The notes: generated by a model not told the origin, from the sequence alone. A stretch of DNA of 64,000 nucleotides from an uncultured Gammaproteobacteria bacterium (GCA_902553145.1 CACDKD010000003.1:2168-66167); one strand, 5' to 3'. Positions 19,152-28,331 are shown, numbered from the stretch's first letter. Numbers and translations: made by a program.

Positions 19152-20606
19152 TTAAGTACCGCAGAATGTTTGAGTGACTTGTTCATCATCTTTGGCTGGC
19201 ACAGCATAGTCTTCCATATCCTTCTGATCCAGATATGGATCAGCAGTAACTTTCAACATTTCATCCATGATGGAGTGGGTATTTTCTTCCTCGTATTCTC
19301 TGATTGCTCTTTCGATCATGTGATTTCTTGGAATATAAATCGGGTTTATGCAGTTTAGGCTTTCAGCGAGAGTCTCTCCATCCCCCTTTTCTTTATTGAT
19401 CAAATTCTTCCATTCCACAAGCCAACCTTCAGCCTCTTGATTGCCATTAAAGCATTGAAGAAATTGATCATCATTACCTTTAATTGCTGAGGATAAAGAT
19501 CTGAATGTTAATGTAAAATCAGCACCATTCTGATGCATAATCGACAACAAATTCTTGGTAAGCTCATTGCTCTGTCTTGTTTCTTTAAGACCAATCTTTT
19601 TTGTCATTTCTATATTGATTTTTGAATTCAAATCTTTTGAGAAATTTCCAAGCGATTCCCTGATGATCTCTTCTTTTTCATCCTCATTCCCATCAATGAT
19701 TGGAAGCAGGGATCCTGCTAAGCAGGATAGATTCCACAAGGCAATTTTAGGTTGATTGCTGTATTTGTATCTTCCATGCCTATCAATGGAGCTAAATACT
19801 GTGTCAGGATCATATGATTCCATAAAAGCACAAGGCCCGTAGTCTATTGTCTCTCCAGAGATTGAGAAATTGTCAGTGTTCATCACACCATGTATGAAAC
19901 CAATACTCATCCATTTAGATATCAAGATGGATTGCTTTTCTGCGATGGCATTAAAAAGGAGCAAGTACTTATTTTTTTGACCACTAATTGCGGGGTAAAG
20001 TCTATTGATTGAGTAATCAGCCAATATTCTAAGATTATCTAAGTCTTGCCTGGCTCGAAAGAATTCAAAAGTACCAACTCTGATTAAACTGCTGGAGACT
20101 CTGGTTAAAATCCCACCTTTTAATGCCGTTTCTCTAAAAACATCGTCTCCTGTAGAAATTGCTGCGAGCGCCCTAGTCGTGGGTACATTCATGGCATGCA
20201 TGGCTTCACTGAGTATGTATTCTCTAATGACGGGACCTATTGCAGATCTGCCATCTCCCTGTCGAGAGAACGCTGTTGGCCCGGAACCTTTTAATTGAAT
20301 GTCATTGAGCTTTCCTGCTTCATCAATGAGTTCGCCAATCAAGATTGCTCTACCATCGCCCAGTTGTGGAACAAAGTTTCCGAATTGATGTCCGGCATAT
20401 GCCGTGGCTATTGCAGAAGCATTTTCAGGAACTGCATTCCCAGAAAAATATGAAAGTAATTGTGCTTCATCCGAAGTATCAATGGATAAATTATTTGCAA
20501 GTGCATAATTCAGTGAGAGTACCTTTGGTTTGCTGACCGGTGTTGGATTGATTGCTCTGTGGAAATCTTTGGGCAGCTCAGAGTAAGTATTCTTTAGATT
20601 TTGCAT
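19152..20606 (-). CDS. selO: Protein adenylyltransferase SelO (YdiU/UPF0061)
   Basis: AYAGHQFGNFVPQLGDGRAILIGE, GFIHGVMNTDNFSISGETIDYGPCAFM and PIYIPRNH. Confidence 0.9.
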   Translation of the reverse strand: MQNLKNTYSELPKDFHRAINPTPVSKPKVLSLNYALANNLSIDTSDEAQLLSYFSGNAVPENASAIATAYAGHQFGNFVPQLGDGRAILIGELIDEAGKLNDIQLKGSGPTAFSRQGDGRSAIGPVIREYILSEAMHAMNVPTTRALAAISTGDDVFRETALKGGILTRVSSSLIRVGTFEFFRARQDLDNLRILADYSINRLYPAISGQKNKYLLLFNAIAEKQSILISKWMSIGFIHGVMNTDNFSISGETIDYGPCAFMESYDPDTVFSSIDRHGRYKYSNQPKIALWNLSCLAGSLLPIIDGNEDEKEEIIRESLGNFSKDLNSKINIEMTKKIGLKETRQSNELTKNLLSIMHQNGADFTLTFRSLSSAIKGNDDQFLQCFNGNQEAEGWLVEWKNLINKEKGDGETLAESLNCINPIYIPRNHMIERAIREYEEENTHSIMDEMLKVTADPYLDQKDMEDYAVPAKDDEQVTQTFCGT

Positions 20607-20709
20607 TCTATTATTATTTCAATAATTGTTTTAAATTCAGAAGTTTTCGATCAATAGAGTGTATTAATTTATACTAATTGCATAAATAAGCACACTGCGA
20701 AATGACTTC

Positions 20710-21987
20710 GTGATTGAGAATTTTAAAAAAAGAATCTTTGATATCCCCATTCAGGACAGATCTTCATTATTGAGAGCGTTCTTCTTCTTTTATTTTGTTC
20801 TATGTTCTTGGTATACAATTCGTCCAGTTAGAAATGAAATGGCTGTTCAAGCTGGATTAGAGAATCTTCCTGGCTTATTGTCTATCGTCCTATTGGTCAT
20901 GTTGATTGCCAATCCAGTCTACTCCTGGCTCGTCTCACGCATCAACCGCAATAGAATTGTTTTATACTTTTATTTGTTTTTTATCTTAAACTTATTGGCC
21001 TTCTTTTTTTCTTGGATCTTGCTCGATGCCTCATGGAGACCTCTTGTTGCAAAGAGTTTTTATATTTGGTGCAATGTTTTCTCTTTTTTTGTGGTCTCAA
21101 TATTTTGGGTTTCCATGATTAATTATTTCAGTGGATCTCAAGCTAAACTTTACTTTGGAATCATCAGTGCCGGCGGTTCCATAGGTGCATTCTCAGGCTC
21201 CTCCATTGCTCGTTTTTTTTCAACACAGGTTTGTGGATCAGTATCACTCTCGGATTGGGGACCGTTTTCTTTGATATTGATTTCTGTCATTTCATTATCA
21301 ATTGCTTGTTTCTTAAGCATGTCTTTTACGTCTGAAAAAAACGAGAGAGACAAAATATTGGCCAGTGATAATATTTCATCATCTGCAATTGAGCCGATTA
21401 CAGATATTGCCACATCACCCGTGCTTAAGAATCTTAGTCTATATATGGTCCTTTGGACTTGTTTGATGACATTTGGATGGATGATTGCTTTGGGAATAGT
21501 TCAAGAGTGGTCTACAGATCCATGCGAGAGAACCGCATTTTTTGCTAGGATTGAACAAATTGTTACTCCTTTGACACTCATTTGTCAGTTCCTGTTGACG
21601 TCATTTATTTTGCGAACGATCGGCATCAGGAAAGTTTTAATTATTTATGGATTTATTCTTTTTGCAGCAATCTATTTCTATGAAATATATCCCCAGATCA
21701 TGACTGTCTTGATCGTAGTTTCAATCCTAAGGACATTTGAGTACGGCTTATCAAAACCGGCTAGAGAGAGCCTCTTTACAAAACTCGAAATTGAGCAACG
21801 TTATAAATCAACGGTTTTTATGGATACTTTCTTTACAAGAGGCGGTGAGGTCATTGGCAGTTGGTTTGCCGCAAAAGGGGTTCTAATATTGGGCTTATCC
21901 TCAATGGGAGCAACGTTATTCATGATCCCATTCGCTGCCTTATTATCTTGGACTGGATACCGGTCATCAAAACTGTTAGACGAGTAA
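20710..21987 (+). CDS. Multi-TM transporter-like membrane protein (possibly MFS/NTP-translocase-like)
   Basis: 425 aa with about 11-12 hydrophobic segments. The N-terminal FFFFYFVLCSWYTIRPVRNEMAV resembles Npt/TLC-like MFS proteins. GTG start. The family call is tentative. Confidence 0.5.
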   Translation: MIENFKKRIFDIPIQDRSSLLRAFFFFYFVLCSWYTIRPVRNEMAVQAGLENLPGLLSIVLLVMLIANPVYSWLVSRINRNRIVLYFYLFFILNLLAFFFSWILLDASWRPLVAKSFYIWCNVFSFFVVSIFWVSMINYFSGSQAKLYFGIISAGGSIGAFSGSSIARFFSTQVCGSVSLSDWGPFSLILISVISLSIACFLSMSFTSEKNERDKILASDNISSSAIEPITDIATSPVLKNLSLYMVLWTCLMTFGWMIALGIVQEWSTDPCERTAFFARIEQIVTPLTLICQFLLTSFILRTIGIRKVLIIYGFILFAAIYFYEIYPQIMTVLIVVSILRTFEYGLSKPARESLFTKLEIEQRYKSTVFMDTFFTRGGEVIGSWFAAKGVLILGLSSMGATLFMIPFAALLSWTGYRSSKLLDE

Positions 21988-21992
21988 CGGGC

Positions 21993-22024
21993 AAAAAAAA
22001 ACAGAGCGTATGCTCTGTTTCTTT
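21993..22024. terminator. Bidirectional rho-independent terminator, stronger on the minus strand
   Basis: A9-CAGAGC-GTAT-GCTCTG-TTTCTTT. On the minus strand the hairpin is followed by nine consecutive U (eight beyond the 7-bp stem, whose last pair is A22001-T22018). Confidence 0.7.
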
Positions 22025-22220
22025 AGTCGAGTCCTTGGGGTGTCTGAAGCGAGATTCTTTCTTCAGCGCCTCGCCCGGTATCTCTTTCCGAACTTGGTGG
22101 GAATCAGTTCTCTTTTGCTGCTAGCTTATCTTCCCTGATTCGCTTTCACCCTTTAGGTCTCTTTCTCTTTTCGACTCTCCCTTCTGCGTCTTAAGTTACT
22201 TCCAGGTCGATCTCAAGAGA
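21993..22220 (-). ncRNA. Candidate stand-alone small RNA (about 230 nt), purine-rich with several GGA motifs; family unassigned
   Basis: A GC-enriched island sits inside a very AT-rich 550-bp intergenic region. A sigma70-like promoter lies upstream and a strong terminator downstream on the minus strand. Internal hairpins are at 22101-22141 and 22044-22066. No convincing ORF is present. Confidence 0.45.
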
Positions 22221-22227
22221 TGAGTTA

Positions 22228-22255
22228 ATATTACGACTTACTTAATTTTTTTCAA
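22228..22255 (-). promoter_or_regulatory. Sigma70-like promoter for the candidate sRNA
   Basis: On the minus strand this reads TTGAAA (22255-22250), a 16-nt spacer, then TAATAT (22233-22228). Confidence 0.4.
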
Positions 22256-22540
22256 ATAGATTCACGGGAATAATCAAAGTTTTTTTTGCTAATTTTTTTT
22301 ATGTCCTATAAAAAATAATATCCAGTATTAAGAGTATTTTATAACTTACTGATTTTCCTAAAAATCCAAAAAAATCATCAAAAAAAATGTGTCCTATAAG
22401 TTTTTTTCTAAAAAATTTAAAAAAATGAAATAAAAAAATAAATTTGCGCAAATGCACTTCTTAGAGGTTTATTATTAATGAGAAAACTATCGAATAAATT
22501 TGAATTTTCTTATGAAAATGATCACCTTTAATAAGATTAA

Positions 22541-23311
22541 ATGAAAAATAATAAAACAATAGATTTAAATGCTGATTTAGGTGAGTACAGCAATGAAGAC
22601 GAATTAAACAATGAGATTTCACTGATTCACCACATCACATCTGCAAATATAGCTTGTGGAGGTCATGCCGGTGATCAAGTTTCTATTAGAAACATTATCA
22701 ATCATTGCATCAATCATGATGTCCTGGTCGGCCCCCATCCTTCATACCCAGATAGGAAAGGATTTGGCAGGTCGGACTTTACAGTTAATGATGACGCGTT
22801 GAAGCAGTCTATTATTGAGCAAATCGAATGTTTCATGGAAACAGCCACTGAGCTGGATATAGTTCCGACGCACATAAAATTTCATGGCCAACTTTACAAC
22901 GATTGTTTTTCTGATGAGAACCTTAGCAATCTGTGTTTGTCTCTTATGATCTCAACATGCCCAAATTTAGCATTGGTCTGCCAGCCATATTCAGTTATTA
23001 GCAAGCTTGCTCATAAAACTGGCATCAAAGTCATTCACGAGGCATTCATAGATAGAAAATATAAATCCAGTGGATCTTTGATTCCGAGGGAGAGTGAAGA
23101 TTCAATGATCTCTTCTATTGAAGAGAGGGTCAGACAAGCGGTAACAATTGCATCCGAAAAAAGAGTTTTAACAAAGGACTCCAACTATTTAGAGATTGAA
23201 GCTGCCACTTTATGCATTCACAGCGATCATGATGACTCGGCATCAACAGCAATTGCAGTCAAGAAGAAGCTCCTCGAGAATCATATTCACATATCGAGTT
23301 ATGAAATCTAA
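22541..23311 (+). CDS. pxpA: 5-oxoprolinase subunit A (LamB/YcsF family)
   Basis: IDLNADLGE, ANIACGGHAGD and a pxpABC-type gene neighbourhood. Confidence 0.9.
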   Translation: MKNNKTIDLNADLGEYSNEDELNNEISLIHHITSANIACGGHAGDQVSIRNIINHCINHDVLVGPHPSYPDRKGFGRSDFTVNDDALKQSIIEQIECFMETATELDIVPTHIKFHGQLYNDCFSDENLSNLCLSLMISTCPNLALVCQPYSVISKLAHKTGIKVIHEAFIDRKYKSSGSLIPRESEDSMISSIEERVRQAVTIASEKRVLTKDSNYLEIEAATLCIHSDHDDSASTAIAVKKKLLENHIHISSYEI

Positions 23312-23984
23312 CTTCAAAAAAGAAATTTCAGTCATATCTGAGGACATCCTTGAGATAAAGATTGATCTCGAAAAATCAGCAATCAAAGGATCAGAATTAT
23401 ATTGGCATCTCGCAGAACATTTATTGACCAATCACAATGATATAGAGGTTGTTGCATCTGAGGAGATGGTATCAGTTAGATCAAAACTTATTCCGATAGA
23501 TGCAAATAGAATTGAGAATTCCATCTCCTCTTTCGACTTGAAATCTATCATTCAAACCGACGATGTATTGGAGATCCCAGTATGCTATGAACCAATATCC
23601 ACAAGCGATATCGAAGAAGTCTCAAAACAGCTAAAACTCTCGGTGGATGAAATCATTGCCATTCATTCTTCCGCTGTGTATGAAGTTAAAGCAATCGGAT
23701 TCACACCTGGATTTTCGTACCTGGGTGACCTTGACGAAAGAATTTCTGTTCCTCGACTTGTTAAGCCTCGGATCGATACCCCAGTTGGTTCTGTTGGGAT
23801 TGCGAATAATCGGACTGGCATTTATTCTTTAGGAGGGCCGGGAGGTTGGCCCATTATAGGTATAACTCCAATTAATTTTTTCAATCTAAACGACAATGAT
23901 TCTCTCAAGCTGAAACCTGGGATAAAAATAAAGTTTAAAGAAATTGGAAAGGATGCGTTTAGAAGCATCCAAAACGAAAAGTAG
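23301..23984 (+). CDS. pxpB: 5-oxoprolinase subunit B (KipI/allophanate hydrolase subunit 1 family)
   Basis: I took the start at ATG 23301, which overlaps the pxpA stop. The FTPGFSYLG and GIYSLGGPGGWPIIG motifs are present. Confidence 0.85.
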   Translation: MKSNFKKEISVISEDILEIKIDLEKSAIKGSELYWHLAEHLLTNHNDIEVVASEEMVSVRSKLIPIDANRIENSISSFDLKSIIQTDDVLEIPVCYEPISTSDIEEVSKQLKLSVDEIIAIHSSAVYEVKAIGFTPGFSYLGDLDERISVPRLVKPRIDTPVGSVGIANNRTGIYSLGGPGGWPIIGITPINFFNLNDNDSLKLKPGIKIKFKEIGKDAFRSIQNEK

Positions 23985-23985
23985 G

Positions 23986-24915
23986 ATGGCTATTCAATTT
24001 CTCAAAACGGGATTGCAGACCACTGTTCAAGACCTTGGTAGAGCCGGGAGTCGGCATATTGGAATTCCTCTGTCCGGTTGTTTTGATTATTTATCATCAA
24101 TGAAGGCAAATGCAATATTGGGAAAAGAAATGAATTCTCCAGTTTTAGAGTGCGCCATGACTGGCCCTCAATTTAAAGCACTCAAAGACATCGAGGTATG
24201 CATCAGTGGAGCAAGAATAAATCAAATTACAATAGATGGAGTCGAAGTTGAACAAAATAAAGTTCTAAGCTTGAAAGCAGGAAATATATTTACAGCCGAT
24301 GTTGCTCAAAAAAACTTCAGATTTTATATTGCCTTCTCAAAAAATATTCGAGCAACCCAATTTATGAATAGTGTTTCAACATACTTGCCCGCAGGATTGG
24401 GAGGCATCAATGGATCCAAAATTGAAAATGATCAGATTATTGACTTCGTAGAAGTCGGACCAAAAAATTCTTCGTATCATTTTTCAGACAAACATTATGA
24501 TGATCTCTCAACATCAATCATTCGGGTCGTAAAAGGGCCCGAGTTTCAATTACTGGATGATGGATCTATGTCGCTTGAGGAGCATAATTTCATTGTTAGT
24601 AATGAATCAAATAGAATGGGCATCAGGACGGATGGCGATCGTTTTTCCATTGATGATCAGGGATTGATGAAGAGTAAGCCCATTTACCCAGGAACAATCC
24701 AATGCTCAAGTGGAGGTCAGCCAATTATCATGGGAGCCGATGCTCAAACTTTGGGTGGCTACCCGAGAATATTGCAAGTCATTAAAGCCGATCGCCATTT
24801 GCTTGGTCAACTGAGACCTAATGACAACTTTGCATTTAAATTGGTCAGTATCGAAGAAGCAATAGATGCTTGGAGAGCCCTGAAAAAAGCTAATCCATTC
24901 ATTTGTGAGTTATAA
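23986..24915 (+). CDS. pxpC: 5-oxoprolinase subunit C (KipA/allophanate hydrolase subunit 2 family)
   Basis: I took the start at ATG 23986, one nt after the pxpB stop. Motifs are GLQTTVQDLGR, SNRMGIR and ADAQTLGGYP. Confidence 0.85.
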   Translation: MAIQFLKTGLQTTVQDLGRAGSRHIGIPLSGCFDYLSSMKANAILGKEMNSPVLECAMTGPQFKALKDIEVCISGARINQITIDGVEVEQNKVLSLKAGNIFTADVAQKNFRFYIAFSKNIRATQFMNSVSTYLPAGLGGINGSKIENDQIIDFVEVGPKNSSYHFSDKHYDDLSTSIIRVVKGPEFQLLDDGSMSLEEHNFIVSNESNRMGIRTDGDRFSIDDQGLMKSKPIYPGTIQCSSGGQPIIMGADAQTLGGYPRILQVIKADRHLLGQLRPNDNFAFKLVSIEEAIDAWRALKKANPFICEL

Positions 24916-24924
24916 TAGGACCAC

Positions 24925-25001
24925 GCGCCTGTAGCTCAGCTGGATAGAGTACCTGGCTTCGAACCAGGTGGTCGGGGGTTCGAATCCCTCCGGGCGCGCC
25001 A
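24925..25001 (+). tRNA. tRNA-Arg (anticodon UCG)
   Basis: Hand-folded cloverleaf with acceptor GCGCCTG/CGGGCGC. The D-arm AGCTGGATA resembles E. coli Arg tRNAs. The anticodon stem CCTGG/CCAGG has loop CTTCGAA. T-loop GGTTCGAATCC and an encoded CCA. Confidence 0.93.
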
Positions 25002-25019
25002 TATAAAATGGGGGAAAAA

Positions 25020-25583
25020 ATGAGTAATGCACACCCTTGGTTAGATGAGATACCTTGGACAACAAAGAAGCTTCCTAGAGAGATGCTTGAGCATAGAATT
25101 CAGCGTGCTCTGACATTAACCAATCTTGGCATGCTTGGGACCTTAGGACTCAACGGACCGATTGTCAGCCCATTGGAATTTTACGCCGACAAATTTACAA
25201 TTTATGTCTTACCTCAACCTGGAAGCCCTAAACTCAAGGCAATGCAACGTGATCCTAGAGTGTCCTTTGCAGTAGCGAATCCAATGGCAGGTTGGGTAAC
25301 TGCACAAGGAGCTCAATTATTCGGTAAAGCCGAGATACTTGAGCCAGGGACTTCTGAATGGGACTATGGCATGACTATTTTTAGATGGCAGGCTTCAGCG
25401 GCTGAAATAAATACAGGATTTGAAAATCCTCCTCAGTATCAGCTTATGCGTTTAGACCCCGATAGAATTGTTTACACAGAACATTTTTTAAGAAAAGATG
25501 ATTACGGTCCAAGGCAGATATGGCGGCGTGATGAAAAACATGAGCAAGCTTCAGACGGATTTTCTGAATCAAAAAAAACTTAA
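25020..25583 (+). CDS. Pyridoxamine 5'-phosphate oxidase-like (FMN/F420-binding split beta-barrel) family protein
   Basis: PNPOx-like pattern (GMLGTLGLNGPIVSPLEF, MQRDPRVSFAV). I preferred the 25020 start because ATG 25008 lies only 6 nt after the tRNA. Confidence 0.55.
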   Translation: MSNAHPWLDEIPWTTKKLPREMLEHRIQRALTLTNLGMLGTLGLNGPIVSPLEFYADKFTIYVLPQPGSPKLKAMQRDPRVSFAVANPMAGWVTAQGAQLFGKAEILEPGTSEWDYGMTIFRWQASAAEINTGFENPPQYQLMRLDPDRIVYTEHFLRKDDYGPRQIWRRDEKHEQASDGFSESKKT

Positions 25584-26789
25584 CTAGTTTTCTTTGCCAA
25601 CTTTAACAAACTGGAAATACACTCCCAAAATAATTGCTCCCAATCCTCCGTAATAAAATGGAAAGGTTGGATCAAGATTGTATAACAATGTACCAATCGT
25701 AGGCCCAAAGATCATGCCAACAACGGGTGCACCAGCTAAGAATCCAGCAACTTCTCCTTGCTCAGAAGGCTGAACACTCAATGTTGCAGCTGCATTTAGG
25801 CTCGGTGTGATCATGCTAAAAGCAATCCCCATTCCTGCGTAAGCTAAGAAAAATTCTGTTAATGAATCCACAACGCTTATTGATATCAAGACCATTCCAA
25901 AAATCAAAAAACAGATCCTCAACAATATTTGTGTCGATATATTAATGATCTGTAAAACCACAGCTTGCATAAAAGTTGATGTTAAAGCCATTGATAGCAA
26001 TGCGATACTGGTGAACTTAATTACTTGATCGGGATCTGATATTCCCAATTGATCCTGTATAAAGAATGCAGAAATAATTTGCACTGATGTAAATACCATA
26101 AAGGCAACAGACCAGCCAATAAGAAATGGAAAAACTCTAGGATCATAGAATTTAAGCGATGTATTTTGATTTACTTCAGAAATTTCCGGCACCGAGTGAA
26201 TGAGATACTTTTGAGCTAAGATTGCACCAATTAAAGCAATCCCAGCACCGCAGTACATTGGAAATAAAGGATGGATGAAAGAAAGCGATCCTCCCATCAC
26301 AGGCCCGATCATTGTTCCAATTCCTGAAGCCATCCCAATCAAAGCCATAGCTTTTGTCCGATTGCTTGAATCAGTGCTGTCTGACATGTAAGCGACCGCA
26401 GCAGGTTGAATGCCTCCAATTAAGATTCCATAGATTATCCTGATGACTAAAAGAACCATAAAGAGGCTTAGGGGATTGAGTATGCCCCAAAGCCCTACTT
26501 GAATACCGAATGTAAATATAAGGAATGCAAAACCATAGGAGAGTAAGCCAATTACAAATACCTTCTTTCTCCCAATCTTTTGACTTTTTTTGCCCCAATA
26601 GTAAGAAGAGAAGACCAGAGCCACATTTGATATTGCAATCAAAATACCAAATTGATTAATGCTCAGGCCAATCTCTCTTGATAATGGAGCAAATATTACA
26701 TAAAGAAGCGAAAAACCAGTTCCGTAGATGACTAGACCAACGATCAGTATGGCCTTATCAAGGCCAAGTGTTTGTTTATTTTCCATCAC
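25584..26789 (-). CDS. MFS transporter
   Basis: 401 aa with 12 hydrophobic helices and the MFS loop motif WGKKSQKIGRKKV. Confidence 0.8.
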   Translation of the reverse strand: MMENKQTLGLDKAILIVGLVIYGTGFSLLYVIFAPLSREIGLSINQFGILIAISNVALVFSSYYWGKKSQKIGRKKVFVIGLLSYGFAFLIFTFGIQVGLWGILNPLSLFMVLLVIRIIYGILIGGIQPAAVAYMSDSTDSSNRTKAMALIGMASGIGTMIGPVMGGSLSFIHPLFPMYCGAGIALIGAILAQKYLIHSVPEISEVNQNTSLKFYDPRVFPFLIGWSVAFMVFTSVQIISAFFIQDQLGISDPDQVIKFTSIALLSMALTSTFMQAVVLQIINISTQILLRICFLIFGMVLISISVVDSLTEFFLAYAGMGIAFSMITPSLNAAATLSVQPSEQGEVAGFLAGAPVVGMIFGPTIGTLLYNLDPTFPFYYGGLGAIILGVYFQFVKVGKEN

Positions 26790-27073
26790 TTATTTTTTCG
26801 GGCATTCATTTGATCTAGTTGTTCCTGAGTGGCAGGTTTTTGATGTTTTTCCTTCCATTCTTGATATGGCATGCCATAAACAATATTTCTTGCTTCATCA
26901 GGATTGATCTCTTCGCCCATTTTTTCGGCTTCTTCTTGATACCATCGGCTCAAGCAGTTCCTGCAAAATCCTGACAGTATCATCATGTCGATATTTTGAA
27001 CGCTTGATTCTTTTTGAAGATGACTGATGAGTCTTTCGAAGACTGCAGATTGAATCTCTGTTTTCTTATCCAT
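26786..27073 (-). CDS. Small conserved protein, DUF1244-like
   Basis: SGFCRNCLSRWY...YGMPYQEWKEKHQ pattern. I trimmed the start to ATG 27073 to remove a non-coding-looking N-terminal extension. 4-nt overlap with the downstream MFS gene. Confidence 0.55.
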   Translation of the reverse strand: MDKKTEIQSAVFERLISHLQKESSVQNIDMMILSGFCRNCLSRWYQEEAEKMGEEINPDEARNIVYGMPYQEWKEKHQKPATQEQLDQMNARKNK

Positions 27074-27143
27074 AATTAGTGTGATATCTAAACACATTAT
27101 CATTAGAATAGTAATATAATCTTCCTTGAATCTATCGGAGTGT

Positions 27144-28331
27144 ATGGATACCTCAAATAAACCTCTATCGGGAATAAAGGTCATCGAAATGACTCACATG
27201 GTCATGGGCCCTGCAGTGGGAGCAATACTTGGTGATTTAGGCGCAGATGTCATAAAGATTGAACCGATATCAGGAGACAAGACAAGGGTATTAAAGAAGT
27301 CTGGGTCGGGTTATTTTCTCACCTATAATCGCAACAAACGAAGTCTAGCAATGGACATCAAAAAGGAAGAGGGGAAAAAGATAATTAAATCCTTGATTCG
27401 CAAATCAGATGTTTTCATTGAGAATTTCAGACCGGGCGCCATGGATAAGCTTGGGTTCAGTTACGAAAATTTTTCCAAATTAAATCCAGAAATTATTTAT
27501 TGTTCCGCCAAAGGATTCCTTAAAGGACCTTACGAAAACAGGACAGCATTAGATGAGGTTGCTCAGATGATGGGCGGTCTTGCATACATGACCGGACCTC
27601 CAGGAAGGCCGCTTCGAGCCGGTTCATCGGTCATTGATATTATGGGGGGCATGTTTGGTGCCATCGCTATTTTGGCTGCATTGCAAGAGAGGCGATCCAC
27701 TAAAAAAGGCCAAAAAGTCACAAGCGCACTATACGAAAATGTTGTTTATTTGATGGGCCAACACATGGCTCAAACTGCAACCACTGGATCACCGCCACCT
27801 CCAATGTCTGTCAGGGTAGCTGCATGGGCTGTTTACGACATATTCGAAACCAAAGACGAGCAACAGATCTTTATTGGCGTTGTGAGTGATACACAGTGGA
27901 AATTATTCTGTGAATCATTTGGTTTGGAGGAGTATGCAAGCGATGAATCAATGGATTTGAATAAGGGCAGGGTGGAGCAAAGAGACGTCATCATTCCCCG
28001 ATTGCAAGAGCTTTTTAAGGCATATACAAAAACCGATTTAATGAAAAAGCTTGATGAAACCGGACTTCCTTTTGCTCCAATCAGCAAGCCTGAAGATTTA
28101 TTTGACGATCCTCATCTCAATGAATCGGGAGGATTATTGGATATCGAGATACCCGCTGGGGGCAGTACCAAACTTCCTGCAATGCCAATCAACATGGATG
28201 GCCGAAGATTTGATGTGCATACACCTGTTCCAAAAGTGGGTGAGCACTCAGACCAAATTCTCAAAGAGCTTGGATTGGATGATGAGGAGATTAAAGACTT
28301 ATTTGACCTAGAGGTTATTTCTAAGAATTAA
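27144..28331 (+). CDS. Family III CoA-transferase (CaiB/BaiF/formyl-CoA transferase-like)
   Basis: LSGIKVIEMTHMVMGPAVGAILGDLGADVIKIEP, NRNKRS and ENFRPG. Confidence 0.85.
   Translation: MDTSNKPLSGIKVIEMTHMVMGPAVGAILGDLGADVIKIEPISGDKTRVLKKSGSGYFLTYNRNKRSLAMDIKKEEGKKIIKSLIRKSDVFIENFRPGAMDKLGFSYENFSKLNPEIIYCSAKGFLKGPYENRTALDEVAQMMGGLAYMTGPPGRPLRAGSSVIDIMGGMFGAIAILAALQERRSTKKGQKVTSALYENVVYLMGQHMAQTATTGSPPPPMSVRVAAWAVYDIFETKDEQQIFIGVVSDTQWKLFCESFGLEEYASDESMDLNKGRVEQRDVIIPRLQELFKAYTKTDLMKKLDETGLPFAPISKPEDLFDDPHLNESGGLLDIEIPAGGSTKLPAMPINMDGRRFDVHTPVPKVGEHSDQILKELGLDDEEIKDLFDLEVISKN

Noticed and set aside
21861-22124. An 87-aa plus-strand ORF spans the end of the transporter-like gene and the intergenic GC island.
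   Set aside because: It overlaps the 3' end of 20710..21987 in another frame and reads straight through the rho-independent terminator hairpin. The island is better explained as a structured RNA on the minus strand.
23196-23300. Long N-terminal extensions in the track ORFs for pxpB (from 23196), pxpC (from 23944), the DUF1244-like gene (to 27184), the PQQ dehydrogenase (from 7326), the SDR (from 35486) and the CoA-transferase (from 27126).
   Set aside because: The extensions overlap upstream genes or lack family-like sequence. Internal ATG codons give the expected N-termini (signal peptide, Rossmann start, or stop/start junctions), so I used the shorter coordinates.
18645-25007. I checked whether the two tRNA genes (Ser at 18705, Arg at 24925) mark genomic-island integration sites.
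   Set aside because: No integrase, transposase, phage gene or direct repeat of a tRNA 3' end was seen on either side. The flanking genes are ordinary metabolic genes.
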